A DNA stretch of 64,000 bases, from contig CAWBRS010000021.1 of assembly GCA_963791345.1 (NCBI GenBank), positions 656,225 through 720,224 on the forward strand, given 5' to 3'. A program made the translations under genes and the position numbers. Shown piece by piece: positions 11,091 through 30,972 of this stretch (positions are counted from its first letter, which is position 1; each line of letters begins with the position of its first letter). The DNA comes from an uncultured Thermoleophilia bacterium (GTDB taxonomy: Bacteria > Actinomycetota > Thermoleophilia > UBA2241). The notes below the pieces were generated by a model. It saw only the letters and a program-made list of their open reading frames with translations. It did no database searches and was not told where the DNA came from.

Positions 11091-11422
11091 ACCCTGTCGA
11101 TGTCCTTGCCGCAGGCGGCGCGCCGGCAGGCGCGTACCTTGCCCCCGTCGGCGAGCAGTCGGTAGCCGACCCGTGTCGGCTCGCCGCAGGCCGGGCAGAC
11201 CAGCATCACGTTGGAGATGTCGATCGGCGCCTCGCGCTCGATGATCCCTCCCTGCGGGTTCTTCTTCGGGTGCGGCTTCGTGTGCTTCTTCATCATGTTG
11301 AGCCGCTCGACGAACACCTTGCGGTGCTCGCGGTCGACGCGGATCACCTTGCCGGTCTTGCCGGTCTCCTTGCCGCTCACGACCCTGACCTGGTCGCCCT
11401 TCTTGATCTTCGACTTATCCAT
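11087..11422 (-). CDS. rplX: 50S ribosomal protein L24
   Basis: 111-aa ORF ..[24 protein letters not shown].. (KOW motif). C-terminal part carries CPACG..CRRAACG cysteines. Confidence 0.95.
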   Translation of the reverse strand: MDKSKIKKGDQVRVVSGKETGKTGKVIRVDREHRKVFVERLNMMKKHTKPHPKKNPQGGIIEREAPIDISNVMLVCPACGEPTRVGYRLLADGGKVRACRRAACGKDIDRV

Positions 11423-11451
11423 CTCGATGAACGCTCCCTCGCGCCGCCGCG

Positions 11452-11820
11452 CTAGAGCACCTCAGGCGCGAGCGAGACGATCTTCATGAAGTTCTTCTCG
11501 CGCAGCTCACGCGCCACGGGCCCGAAGATGCGGGTACCCCGCGGGTTGCCCTGGTTGTCGATCAGCACGGCCGCGTTCTCGTCGAAGGCGATGTAGGTGC
11601 CGTCCTTGCGGCCGAACTCCTTCTTGGTGCGGACGACGACGGCACGGACCACGTCGCCCTTCTTGACGCCCCCGCCGGGGGTCGCCTGCTTGACCGTGCC
11701 GACGATGATGTCGCCGACCGTCGCGTAACGGCGCCTCGACCCGCCCCTGATGCGGATGCAGAGGATCTCACGGGCGCCCGTGTTGTCCGCGACCTTCAGT
11801 CTCGACTCTACCTGGATCAT
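11452..11820 (-). CDS. rplN: 50S ribosomal protein L14
   Basis: 122-aa [27 protein letters not shown].. TAG stop. Confidence 0.98.
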   Translation of the reverse strand: MIQVESRLKVADNTGAREILCIRIRGGSRRRYATVGDIIVGTVKQATPGGGVKKGDVVRAVVVRTKKEFGRKDGTYIAFDENAAVLIDNQGNPRGTRIFGPVARELREKNFMKIVSLAPEVL

Positions 11821-11848
11821 CTGCTGTCTCCGCCGGCGCTGTCCGCGC

Positions 11849-12331
11849 TCACTTGGCCTTCTCGAGGACGTCGAGCAGCCGCCAGCGCTTCGTGGCGCTC
11901 AGCGGCCGCGTCTCGACGAGGCGCACGAGGTCGCCGACGCCGGCCGTGTTGTGCTCGTCGTGGGCGTGCAGCTTGGTCGAGCGGCGCACGACCTTGCCGT
12001 ACCGCTCGTGCTTCTGGACCACGTCGATGCGCACCACGATGGTCTTGTCCATGGCGTCGCTGACGACGATGCCCCGGCGCTCCTTGCGGCCCGGCACGCG
12101 CTCGGGCGCCGGCCGGGCGACCTTGGCCTTGGCGCGGGCGGCCGAGGTCTTCTTCGGGGCGGCCTTCGTCGCGGCGGTCTTGGCCGCCGCGGTCTTCTTG
12201 GCCGCCGCGCCCGACTTGGCCGCCGCGGTCTTCCTGGCCGCCTTGGCGGCCGCCGCCTTCTTGGCCGCCGGCTTGCGTGCCGCGCTCTGCTTCGGAGCGG
12301 GCTTGCCGCTGTCGGTCTTCTTCGTCGCCAT
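11849..12331 (-). CDS. rpsQ: 30S ribosomal protein S17 with about 75-aa Lys/Ala-rich N-terminal extension
   Basis: 160-aa ORF. S17 core [34 protein letters not shown].. is preceded by [39 protein letters not shown].. The ATG overlaps the rpmC stop (ATGA). A short-form start at GTG 12097 is possible. Confidence 0.88.
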   Translation of the reverse strand: MATKKTDSGKPAPKQSAARKPAAKKAAAAKAARKTAAAKSGAAAKKTAAAKTAATKAAPKKTSAARAKAKVARPAPERVPGRKERRGIVVSDAMDKTIVVRIDVVQKHERYGKVVRRSTKLHAHDEHNTAGVGDLVRLVETRPLSATKRWRLLDVLEKAK

Positions 12332-12546
12332 CAGCCCTCACCACCCGCCGCCGCGCGCTCGCGCTGCCGCTCGTTCTGGAGCGTGAGCAGGCGCGCGATC
12401 TCGCGACGCGTCATGTTCAGTTTGTGCACGTCGTCGAGCTGGCCCGTCGCGTGCTGGAAGCGCAGGTTGAAGAGCTCCTTGCGCGCGTCGCGCAGGTGCA
12501 CGACGAGCTCGTCGTCCGACAGCTCTCTGAGCTGCTTAGCCTTCAA
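12331..12546 (-). CDS. rpmC: 50S ribosomal protein L29
   Basis: 71-aa [40 protein letters not shown].. Confidence 0.95.
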   Translation of the reverse strand: MKAKQLRELSDDELVVHLRDARKELFNLRFQHATGQLDDVHKLNMTRREIARLLTLQNERQRERAAAGGEG

Positions 12547-12961
12547 AGAGACTGCCCTCCCTCGTCACGAACTTGGTCTTCACGGGCAGCTTGTGCGACG
12601 CCAGCCGCATGGCCTCGCGGGCCACCGGTTCGCTGACGCCGGCGAGCTCGAACATGACCTTGCCGGGCTTGATCACGGCCACCCACGTCTCGGGGGAGCC
12701 CTTGCCGCCGCCCATGCGCGTCTCGGCCGCCTTGCGCGTGACCGGCTTGTGCGGGAAGACGTTGATCCACACCTTGCCGCCGCGCTTGATGTGACGGGTC
12801 ATGGCGACACGGGCGGCCTCGATCTGGCGGTTGGTGATCCAGCCGCACTCGAGGGCCTTGAGCCCGTACTGGCCGAACTCGACCTCGGTGCCGCCCTTGG
12901 CGGCGCCGGCCATACGGCCGCGCTGTTGCTTGCGGTGTTTGACTCGCTTTGGTAGGAGCAT
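12536..12961 (-). CDS. rplP: 50S ribosomal protein L16
   Basis: Conserved part of ORF 12536..13204 from [19 protein letters not shown].. (141 aa). The upstream ORF residues are an out-of-frame reading of the rpsC tail. Confidence 0.96.
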   Translation of the reverse strand: MLLPKRVKHRKQQRGRMAGAAKGGTEVEFGQYGLKALECGWITNRQIEAARVAMTRHIKRGGKVWINVFPHKPVTRKAAETRMGGGKGSPETWVAVIKPGKVMFELAGVSEPVAREAMRLASHKLPVKTKFVTREGSLFEG

Positions 12962-12983
12962 CGTGTCTCGTCTCTCGTGCCCG

Positions 12984-14006
<1,023 letters not shown>

Positions 14007-14007
<1 letters not shown>

Positions 14008-14357
14008 TAGGAACGGACCTCCCTCTGATCCACCGCGATGGTGATGTGGCTCGTGCGCTTGCGGATGCGGTTGACCCGGCCCATGGCGCGGAACTTCCAG
14101 CGCTTGAGCGTGGGCCCCTCGTCGACGCGGGCCACCTTGACGAACAGGTCGTCGGCGGCCATGTCGTTGTTGTTCTCCGCGTTGGCCACGGCCGAGTCGA
14201 GCACCTTCTTGACCACGCGGGCGGCGTTGCGGTTGGCGAAGAACAGGGTGCTGCGCGCGTCCGCGACCGACTTGCCGCGGATGAGGTCGACGACCTCGCG
14301 CGCCTTGCGCGGCGCGACCCGGACGTACTTCGCCTGTGCCTGTACTGCCATCGTCAC
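14007..14357 (-). CDS. rplV: 50S ribosomal protein L22
   Basis: 116-aa ORF ..[25 protein letters not shown].. TAG stop. Confidence 0.96.
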
Positions 14358-14362
14358 TCAGC

Positions 14363-14641
14363 TCACCTTCGCGCCGCTCGGTCGCCCCGCACGTGCCCGC
14401 GGAACGTGCGCGTGAGGGCGAACTCGCCCAGCTTGTGCCCGACCATCGACTCGGTCAGGAACACGGGCACGTGCTTGCGCCCGTCGTGCACGGCGATGGT
14501 GTGGCCCACCATCTCCGGGAAGACCGTCGAGGCCCTCGACCACGTCTTGATCATCTTCTTCTGGCCGCTGTCGTTCATCGCCACGATGCGCCGCATGAGG
14601 CGCTCGTCGACGAACGGGCCCTTCTTCGCTGACCTGCTCAT
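14363..14641 (-). CDS. rpsS: 30S ribosomal protein S19
   Basis: 92-aa [34 protein letters not shown].. Confidence 0.97.
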   Translation of the reverse strand: MSRSAKKGPFVDERLMRRIVAMNDSGQKKMIKTWSRASTVFPEMVGHTIAVHDGRKHVPVFLTESMVGHKLGEFALTRTFRGHVRGDRAARR

Positions 14642-14656
14642 CGCTCGCCTCCCGCC

Positions 14657-15496
14657 TTACCCACGCTTGCCGCGTTTGCGGCCGCGGATGATGAACTTGT
14701 CGGACTGCTTCTTGCCGGGCCGCGTACGGTACCCCAGCGTCGGCACGCCCCACGGCGTGACCGGGTGACGCCCGGCGGTGGTCTTGCCTTCGCCGCCGCC
14801 GTGCGGGTGGTCGACCGGGTTCATGGCCGTGCCGCGCACCGTCGGGCGGACGCCCCGCCAGCGCGTGCGCCCGGCCTTGCCACCGGAGATGTTGGAGTGG
14901 TCGGAGTTGCCGACCTCGCCCACCGTCGCGCGACACTTGAGACTGATGCGGCGCAGCTCGCCCGAGGGCAACCTGACGACGCCGTAGCCCTTCTCCTTGG
15001 CCTGGAGCTGCGCGCTGGCGCCGGCGCTGCGCACGAGCTGCGCGCCACGGCCGGGCTGGAGCTCGAGGTTGTGGACCGTGGTGCCGGTCGGCACGTTCTC
15101 GAGCGGCAGCGCGTTGCCGGGCTTGATGTCGGCCTGGGGGCCGGACTCGACCGTGTCGCCCTGCTTGAGCCCGCGCGGGCAGATGATGTAGCGCTTCTCG
15201 CCGTCCACGTAGTGGAGCAGGGCGATGCGCGCCGAGCGGTTCGGGTCGTACTCGATGTGGGCGACCTTCGCCGGCACGCCGTCCTTGTCCCGCTTGAAAT
15301 CGATGATCCGGTAGCGGCGCTTGTGACCGCCGCCCTTGTGGCGCGTCGTGATGCGCCCGTAGGCGTTGCGGCCGCCGTTCTTCTTGAGCGGCGCCACCAG
15401 CGAGCGCTCGGGCTCGGTGCGCGTGATGTCCTCGAACGTCTCGACCGTCATGAAGCGACGGCCGGGTGAGGTCGGCCTGAATTTACGGATGCCCAT
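14657..15496 (-). CDS. rplB: 50S ribosomal protein L2
   Basis: 279-aa [39 protein letters not shown].. Confidence 0.98.
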   Translation of the reverse strand: MGIRKFRPTSPGRRFMTVETFEDITRTEPERSLVAPLKKNGGRNAYGRITTRHKGGGHKRRYRIIDFKRDKDGVPAKVAHIEYDPNRSARIALLHYVDGEKRYIICPRGLKQGDTVESGPQADIKPGNALPLENVPTGTTVHNLELQPGRGAQLVRSAGASAQLQAKEKGYGVVRLPSGELRRISLKCRATVGEVGNSDHSNISGGKAGRTRWRGVRPTVRGTAMNPVDHPHGGGEGKTTAGRHPVTPWGVPTLGYRTRPGKKQSDKFIIRGRKRGKRG

Positions 15497-15783
15497 TACC
15501 TGCCCTCGAAGAACTCGATCTTGTCGCCCTCGCGGAGCTGGACGACGGCTTTCTTCCAGCCCGGGGTGCGCCCGCGGCTCCAGCCGCGGCGCTTGGGCTT
15601 GCTCGGCACGTGCGCGGTCGCCACGCCGACGACGGTCACGTTGAAGAGCTGCGCGACCGCCTGGGCGATCATGGTCTTGTGCGCGTCCGGGTGCACCTCG
15701 AAGGTGTACCGGTTGTGGTCGATCTGCGCGTAGCTCTTCTCGGAGATGACCGGCCGGATGATGATCTTCTCAGCTTCTACCAT
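15496..15783 (-). CDS. rplW: 50S ribosomal protein L23
   Basis: 95-aa ORF ..[32 protein letters not shown].. Confidence 0.95.
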   Translation of the reverse strand: MVEAEKIIIRPVISEKSYAQIDHNRYTFEVHPDAHKTMIAQAVAQLFNVTVVGVATAHVPSKPKRRGWSRGRTPGWKKAVVQLREGDKIEFFEGR

Positions 15784-15786
15784 CGG

Positions 15787-16932
15787 TCACGCCTCGCTCA
15801 GGGCGGCGAACGCCTTCTCGGTCAGGAGCAGCGAGCGGCTGCGCAGCACGCGCTCGGTCGACAGGCCGCGGACCTCGACGCTCTCCGCGTAGGAAAGGTT
15901 GCGGACGGACTTCGTGAGCACCGGCTCGTCATGGGTGACGACGAGGACCGGGGCGGCGATGTCGAGCCCCACGAGGAACTCGTGCACGCGCTTGGTGCTC
16001 GGACCGTCGAGCTCGAGCCCGGCGGCGACGAACACGTGGCCGTTCTCGGCGCGGTTGGACAGCGCCATGGCGAGCGCCTTCTTCACGACCTTGCGGTTGA
16101 CCTTGATGGCGAAGCTCCGCGGCTTCGGCCCGAAGGCGATGCCGCCGCCCGTGCGCACCGGCGACTTGACGCTGCCGGCGCGGGCGCGGCCCGTGCCCTT
16201 CTGGCGGAAGAGCTTGGCGGTCGACCCGCTGACCTCGCCGCGCGTCTTGGTGGAGGCGGTGCCCCGGCGCCGCGCGAGCTGCTCGCCGCGCACGGCGAGG
16301 TGCAGCACGCCGACGTCGGCGGGCACGGCGAAGAGTTCGGGGCGCAGGTCGCGGGACTCGATCTCCTTGCCGTCGAGGCCGACGACCGTCGCCTTGCCGG
16401 CGACGCCGCGGCGCGGCTCGGGCCGCTCGGCCTTGGCCGGCTTGGGCGGTTTGGGCGGGCGCTCGGCGCGCACCGGCGCGACCGGGGCCGCGGCCTTGCC
16501 GCGGCGGCGCGGCTTGGCCGGCGCGGTCTCTGCCTTCGCGGCCTTGTCGGCCTTGGGCTTGGCGGCGCGGGCGCGCTTCGGCTTGGCGGCCGGCTCGTCG
16601 GCCTTGGCGGTCTCGTCGGCCTGCGGCGCGTCGGCCTTCGCGGCCTTGGGCTTGGCGGCCTTGGGCTTCGCGGCGCGGGCGCGCTTCGGCTTGGCGGCCG
16701 GCTCGTCGGCCTTGGCGGTCTCGTCGGCCTGCGGCGCGTCGGCCTTCGCGGCCTTGGGCTTGGCGGCCTTGGGCTTGGCGGCGCGGGCGCGCTTCGGCTT
16801 GGCGGCCGGCTCGTCGGCCTTGGCGGTCTGGTCGGCCTGCGGCGCCTCGTCGGCAGCCTTCGCGGCCGTGCTCTCGGCGGCGTCGAGCGCCGCGTCGCCG
16901 GTCGTTTTGTTCTTGGTCTCGTCGGCGGTCAC
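15787..16932 (-). CDS. rplD: 50S ribosomal protein L4 with about 170-aa N-terminal Lys/Ala/Pro-rich tandem-repeat extension
   Basis: L4 core ..GTASTKTRGEVSGSTAKLFRQKGTGRARAGSVKSPVRTGGGIAFGPKPR.. The frame is open up to GTG 16932, which overlaps the rplC stop (GTGA). The track ORF 15787..17766 extends further only by reading rplC out of frame. Alternative internal GTG start at 16473. Confidence 0.85.
   Translation of the reverse strand: MTADETKNKTTGDAALDAAESTAAKAADEAPQADQTAKADEPAAKPKRARAAKPKAAKPKAAKADAPQADETAKADEPAAKPKRARAAKPKAAKPKAAKADAPQADETAKADEPAAKPKRARAAKPKADKAAKAETAPAKPRRRGKAAAPVAPVRAERPPKPPKPAKAERPEPRRGVAGKATVVGLDGKEIESRDLRPELFAVPADVGVLHLAVRGEQLARRRGTASTKTRGEVSGSTAKLFRQKGTGRARAGSVKSPVRTGGGIAFGPKPRSFAIKVNRKVVKKALAMALSNRAENGHVFVAAGLELDGPSTKRVHEFLVGLDIAAPVLVVTHDEPVLTKSVRNLSYAESVEVRGLSTERVLRSRSLLLTEKAFAALSEA
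16530..16870 (-). repeat. Three tandem copies of a 108-nt (36-codon) unit inside the 5' part of rplD
   Basis: ggcgcgggcgcgcttcggcttggcggccggctcgtcggcc.. recurs at 16564, 16672 and 16780 (period 108 nt). It encodes ADAPQADETAKADEPAAKPKRARAAKPKAAKPKAAK. Confidence 0.9.
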
Positions 16933-17549
16933 GACGCCCTGCCCTTGACGACGACGACGGAGTTCTTGGCGCCCGGCACGGCGCCCCTGATGAGCAGCAG
17001 GTTGTTCTCGGGGTCGCGGCGCACGATGCGGAGGCCGCGCTGGGTGACCTGGTGCGCGCCCATGTGCCCGCTCATGCGCATGCCCTTGAAGACGCGGGCC
17101 GGGTAGGCGCTGGCGCCGATCGAGCCGGCCTGGCGGACGTTGTGCGAGCCATGCGTCTCGGGGCCGCGCGAGAAGTTGTGGCGCTTGATGGTGCCCTGGA
17201 AGCCCTTGCCCTTGGAGACGCCGGAGACGCTGACCGTCTCGCCGTCTGCGAACGCCTCGACGGTGACCGTGTCGCCGACCTTGAGCGCGCTCGGGCCGCG
17301 GAACTCGACGAGGTGCCGCATGCCGTGCTTGAGACCGGCCTTCTTGAGGTGGCCGAGCTCGGGCTTGGTCAGGTGCTTGTCCTTGCACTCCTCGAAGGCG
17401 AGCTGGACGGCGTCGTAGCCGTCCTTCTCGGCAGTGCGCACGAGGGTGACGGGGCAGGGCCCCGCCAGGATGACGGTGACCGGCACGACGTTGCCGTCGT
17501 CGTCGAACAGCTGGGTCATGCCGATCTTCTTGCCGATGATGCCGCTCAT
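16929..17549 (-). CDS. rplC: 50S ribosomal protein L3
   Basis: 206-aa conserved part of ORF 16929..18119 from MSGIIGKKIGMTQLFDDDGNVVPVTV.. Confidence 0.96.
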   Translation of the reverse strand: MSGIIGKKIGMTQLFDDDGNVVPVTVILAGPCPVTLVRTAEKDGYDAVQLAFEECKDKHLTKPELGHLKKAGLKHGMRHLVEFRGPSALKVGDTVTVEAFADGETVSVSGVSKGKGFQGTIKRHNFSRGPETHGSHNVRQAGSIGASAYPARVFKGMRMSGHMGAHQVTQRGLRIVRRDPENNLLLIRGAVPGAKNSVVVVKGRAS

Positions 17550-17554
17550 CCTCG

Positions 17555-17863
17555 TCACAGTTTGATCTCGATGTGGACGCCGGCGGGCAGGTCGAGGCGC
17601 ATGAGCTGGTCGACCGTCTTGGGCGTCGGCTGGTGGATGTCGATGAGCCGCTTGTGCGTGCGGATCTCGAAGTGCTCGCGCGAGTCCTTGTCCTTGAACG
17701 GGCTCTTGATGACGCAGTAGACGTTCTTCTCGGTGGGCAGCGGCACCGGACCCGAGATGGTCGCACCGCTGCGCTGAGCCGTCTCCACGATGGACTGAGC
17801 GCTGCGCTCGATGAGCTCGTGGTCGTAACTCTTCAACCGTATGCGGATCTTCTGCTGAGCCAC
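17555..17863 (-). CDS. rpsJ: 30S ribosomal protein S10
   Basis: C-terminal 102 aa of ORF 17555..18637 from GTG 17863: (V)[43 protein letters not shown].. Confidence 0.96.
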   Translation of the reverse strand: MAQQKIRIRLKSYDHELIERSAQSIVETAQRSGATISGPVPLPTEKNVYCVIKSPFKDKDSREHFEIRTHKRLIDIHQPTPKTVDQLMRLDLPAGVHIEIKL

Positions 17864-17973
17864 TCTCGTCTTCTCGCTCTCGCCGTGTCCGGCTTCGTTC
17901 CCCTTGTTCACGGGTCCGGGCGTGTCGGCCGCCGCGGCGTGCGCGGCACGCCCGTCCCGTTCTCTCCGTGTGG

Positions 17974-19182
<1,209 letters not shown>

Positions 19183-19275
19183 CGCTCCTACTCTCCTTTT
19201 GCCGACACCGTGAAGGTGGTGGTCACACAAGGATGGCGCGGCCGGCACCCAGTGCCTGCCGCACCAAAGGACGGC

Positions 19276-19305
19276 AGTATACAGCAGGCGCGGCCGCGAG
19301 GGCAA
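19276..19305 (-). promoter_or_regulatory. Candidate sigma-70-type promoter for tuf
   Basis: Minus strand reads TTGCCC - 18 nt - TATACT, about 95 nt upstream of the tuf ATG, in the fusA-tuf spacer. AT-rich hexamers are rare in this sequence. Confidence 0.4.
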
Positions 19306-19330
19306 ACATCGGACCGCGTGCGTGAAGCGA

Positions 19331-21410
19331 TCATCCGCGCACCTTGGCGACGATCTCGCTGGCGATCTGCGCCGGCACTTCGGCGTAGTGCTTGAACTGC
19401 ACCGTGTAGGTCGCCCGGCCCTGGGTGGTCGAGCGCAGGTCGGTCGCGTAGCCGAACATCGAGGAGAGGGGCACGGTGGCCTCGATGACCTGCGCCGTGC
19501 CCCGCTGCTCCATGCCGTCGATGTGGCCGCGGCGCCCGCTGAGGTCGCCCATGACGTCACCCATGAACTCGAGCGGGGCGACGACCTCGACCGCCATCAT
19601 CGGCTCGAGCAGCACCGGGTGCGCCTTGTGCACGGCGTTCTTGAGCGCCAGCGAGCCGGCGATCTTGAAGGCCATCTCGGAGGAGTCGACCTCGTGGTAG
19701 CTGCCGTCGATGAGGGTGACCTTGAGGTCGACCATCGGGTAGCCGGCGAGGACGCCGGTGCTCATGGCCTCCTGGATACCCTCGTCGACCGCGGGGATGT
19801 AGTCGCGCGGGATCGCGCCGCCCTCGATGCGGCTCTCGAACACGTAGCCGCCGCCGGGCTCGTTGGGCTCCAGGTCGATGTACACGTGGCCGTACTGGCC
19901 GCGGCCCCCGGTCTGGCGCACGAAGCGGCCCTCGACCTTCTGGACCGCGCGGCGCATCGTCTCGCGGTAGGCGACCTGCGGCTTGCCGACGTTGGCGTCG
20001 ACGCCGAACTCGCGCAGCAGGCGGTCGACGATGATCTCGAGGTGCAGCTCGCCCATGCCGGAGATGATGGTCTGCGCCGGTCTCCTCGTCGGTGCGCACC
20101 CGGAAGGTCGGGTCCTCCTCGGCGAGGCGCTGCAGCGAGGCGGCGAGCTTCTCCTCGTCGGCCTTGGTCTTGGGCTCGATGGCGACGGCGATCACCGGCT
20201 CGGGGAACTCCATCGACTCGAGCACGATCGGCTTGGACGGGTCGCAGAGCGTGTCGCCGGTGCCGGTCGACTTGAGGCCGACGGCGGCGGCGATGTCGCC
20301 GGCGTAGAGCTCGTCGCGGTCCTCGCGGTGGTTGGCGTGCATCTGCAGGATGCGGCTGATGCGCTCGCGCTTGCCCTTGGTCGAGTTGAGGACGTACGAC
20401 CCGGCCTTGAGCGTGCCGGAGTAGACGCGGAAGTAGGTCAGCTTGCCGACGTACGGGTCGGTCACGACCTTGAAGGCGAGGGCGGCGAACGGCGCCGTCG
20501 TCGTCGGGCTTGCGGTGCGGCCGTCGTCGCCGTTCGGGCTTGACGCCCTCGATCGGGGGCACGTCGAGCGGCGACGGGAGGTAGTCGACGATCGCGTCCA
20601 GGAGCGGCTGCACGCCCTTGTTCTTGAAGCTCGAGCCGCAGAGCACCGGGCGTGATGCTGATGTCGAGCGTCGCCTGGCGGATCGACCTCGCGCAGGTGC
20701 TCGACGGTGATCTCGCGGCCCTCGAGGTAGGTCTCGAGCAGGTCGTCGTCGTGGTCGGCCACCGCCTCGATGAGCTTCTGGCGGTACTCGTCGGCGCGCT
20801 CGCGCAGCTCGTCGGGGATCGCCTGCGTCTCGAAGGTCGTGCCGAGCTCGTCGAGGTAGACGATGGCGTTCATCTCGATGAGGTCGATGATGCCGCGGAA
20901 GTCGGCCTCGGCGCCGATCGGCAGCTGCAGGGCGACCGGGTTGGCGCCGAGGCGGTCGACCAGCATCTGCAGGCCGCGGAAGAAGTCGGCCCCGATGCGG
21001 TCCATCTTGTTGATGTAGGCGATGCGCGGGATGCCGTACTTGTCGGCCTGGCGCCAGACGGTCTCGGACTGCGGCTCGACGCCGCCGACCGAGCAGAAGA
21101 GGGCGATGGCGCCGTCGAGCACGCGGAGGCTGCGCTCGACCTCGACGGTGAAGTCCACGTGCCCGGGCGTGTCGATGATGTTGACCTGCGTGTCGCGCCA
21201 GAAGACGGTGGTCGCCGCCGAGGTGATGGTGATGCCGCGCTCCTGCTCCTGCTGCATCCAGTCCATCACCGCCGCGCCCTCGTGCACCTCACCGATCTTG
21301 TGGGTCTTGCCGGTGTAGTAGAGGATGCGCTCGGTCGTCGTCGTCTTGCCCGCGTCGATGTGGGCCATGATGCCGATGTTGCGCGTTCTGTCGAGCGGGT
21401 ACTGCCGCAT
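19331..21410 (-). CDS. fusA: Elongation factor G, reading frame broken by four single-base insertions as given
   Basis: [32 protein letters not shown].. (ORF 19557..21455). [26 protein letters not shown] (ORF 19762..20646). [27 protein letters not shown] (the first frame again). [34 protein letters not shown].. to the stop (ORF 19331..20056). Start ATG 21410 has AGGA 5 nt upstream. Confidence 0.9.
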
Positions 21411-21452
21411 GTTTCCTGTCTCGGGCCGCCGGGCGGCCGGTCGCGGTCGTGA

Positions 21453-21494
21453 CAAAGGCCCCTGACCGGCCGGCGGCCGGGTCAGGGGCCTTTG
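21453..21494 (-). terminator. 15-bp perfect hairpin between rpsG and fusA (attenuator/processing-type stem-loop)
   Basis: caaaggcccctgacc / ggtcaggggcctttg flank a 12-nt GC loop. On the transcript the stem is followed by only UUUG, so termination would be partial at best. Confidence 0.4.
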
Positions 21495-21498
21495 CGGG

Positions 21499-21969
21499 TC
21501 ACCAGCGGTAGTGCGCGAAGGCCTTGTTGGCCTGGGCCATACGGAAGATGTCGTCCTTCTTCTTGAACGCGCCGCCCTGCCCCTGGAGGGCGTCGAGCAT
21601 CTCGTCGGCGAGACGCTCGGTCATGACCTTCTCGCGACGGTCGCGGGAGTAGGCCACGAGCCAGCGGATGGCCAGGGTACGGGCACGGCGCCCGGGCACC
21701 TCGACGGGCACCTGGTAGGTGGCGCCGCCGACGCGCCGGCTGCGCACCTCGAGGTGCGGGGTGAGCGCCTGGACGGCCTCCTGCAGCACCTCGACGGGGT
21801 CGCGGCCGGTCTTCTGGCGCACCATCTCGAGGGCGCCGTAGACGATCTGCTCGGCCGTGGACTTCTTGCCGTCGAGCAGGACCTTGTTGATGACCTGGGT
21901 CACCAGCTTGCTGTTGTACACGGGGTCGGGGAGGACCTCCCGCCGCGTGATCGTGCCTCTACGCGGCAT
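21499..21969 (-). CDS. rpsG: 30S ribosomal protein S7
   Basis: 156-aa [40 protein letters not shown].. Confidence 0.97.
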   Translation of the reverse strand: MPRRGTITRREVLPDPVYNSKLVTQVINKVLLDGKKSTAEQIVYGALEMVRQKTGRDPVEVLQEAVQALTPHLEVRSRRVGGATYQVPVEVPGRRARTLAIRWLVAYSRDRREKVMTERLADEMLDALQGQGGAFKKKDDIFRMAQANKAFAHYRW

Positions 21970-21972
21970 GGC

Positions 21973-22344
21973 TTACCTCGATCCCTTGGCGCCGTAGCGG
22001 GAGCGCGCCTTCTTGCGGTCGGACACGCCTGCCGTGTCGAGCGTGCCGCGAATGACCTTGTAGCGCACGCCCGGCAGGTCCTTGACGCGGCCGCCGCGCA
22101 CGAGCACCACGGAGTGCTCCTGCAGGTTGTGGCCGATGCCCGGGATGTAGGTCGTGACCTCCATGCCGTTCACCAGCCTGACGCGGGCGACCTTGCGCAG
22201 GGCGGAGTTGGGCTTCTTGGGCGTCGCCGTGTAGACGCGCGTACAGACGCCGCGCTTCTGCGGCGAACCCTTGAGCGCGGGGGTCTTGGCCCGCTTGGTC
22301 TTCTGCTCGCGCCCCTTACGGACGAGCTGGCTGATCGTCGTCAT
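21973..22344 (-). CDS. rpsL: 30S ribosomal protein S12
   Basis: 123-aa [35 protein letters not shown].. Confidence 0.98.
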   Translation of the reverse strand: MTTISQLVRKGREQKTKRAKTPALKGSPQKRGVCTRVYTATPKKPNSALRKVARVRLVNGMEVTTYIPGIGHNLQEHSVVLVRGGRVKDLPGVRYKVIRGTLDTAGVSDRKKARSRYGAKGSR

Positions 22345-22385
22345 CTACCCTCTCTGGTCAGGCCGGCTTCGGACAGCGGCCACGT

Positions 22386-22414
22386 AGTCTAGCAATTGAG
22401 GGCGGCGGCCGCAA
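22386..22414 (-). promoter_or_regulatory. Candidate promoter of the str operon (rpsL)
   Basis: Minus strand reads TTGCGG - 17 nt - TAGACT, about 40 nt upstream of the rpsL ATG. Confidence 0.4.
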
Positions 22415-22445
22415 CAGCGCGGAGCGCGTGCGGCGGCCGCCGCCC
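22400..22445 (-). terminator. GC-rich hairpin just downstream of rpoC
   Basis: gggcggcggccgc (22400-22412) pairs with gcggccgccgccc (22433-22445), 12 nt after the rpoC stop. No U-tract. Confidence 0.4.
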
Positions 22446-22456
22446 CTGAGCTCAGG

Positions 22457-26820
<4,364 letters not shown>

Positions 26821-26847
26821 TGATCGCTCCCTCTCGCCGTCGCGGCG

Positions 26848-30603
<3,756 letters not shown>

Positions 30604-30903
30604 GCGAGTCTCCTCTGATGACGGCGGAACAGGGAAAAGAAGCTCACCACGCCACCGGGATCATGGCACGGTCGCAGACGACGCACAGCCACGTAGAATA
30701 CCACGCGGCCAAAGGGCGTGCAAGGCTCGGCCGCCGCACGGTCACAGACTCCCGCGACCGGTCCGCGGTGTTGCCCGTGCTGACAACACCCCATCGCGAC
30801 CCGGCGCCGTGACCCGGCGTCCGCGCGCCGACGGAGACGGCCGGCGCACGCGCCGCGGACACGGCCACGCTCGAGGCGGGCGGCGGTCGCGGCAGGCGGC
30901 GGA

Positions 30904-30949
30904 GACGCGCGGGGGCCCGGACCGGCGCGCCGGCCCGGGCCCCCGCGTC
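30904..30949 (-). terminator. Strong GC hairpin between rplL and rpoB (classical L10-operon/rpoBC attenuator position)
   Basis: gacgcgcgggggcccgg..ccgggcccccgcgtc, 24 nt downstream of the rplL stop. No U-tract. About 300 nt of spacer follow before rpoB. Confidence 0.45.
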
Positions 30950-30972
30950 AGACATGAAGCGCGCCGCGCGAG

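Noticed and set aside
12799-12983. The 3' part of track ORF 12799..14007, which would make S3 402 aa and overlap rplP by 163 nt.
   Set aside because: The overlap is out of frame with a highly conserved gene, and the text ([25 protein letters not shown]) is junk. The neighbouring frame continues the repeat tail and stops just before rplP.
16933-17766. The 5' part of track ORF 15787..17766, which would make L4 659 aa.
   Set aside because: This stretch is rplC read out of frame and has an Arg/His-rich junk sequence. The GTG at 16932 overlapping the rplC stop is the natural L4 start.
19331-21410. fusA as a decaying true pseudogene.
   Set aside because: All conserved blocks are intact and only single-base insertions separate them. 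Neighbouring operon genes are intact, and similar indels hit rpoC and many unrelated genes. A sequence-quality artefact is more parsimonious. It is still kept as a finding because I cannot check the reads.
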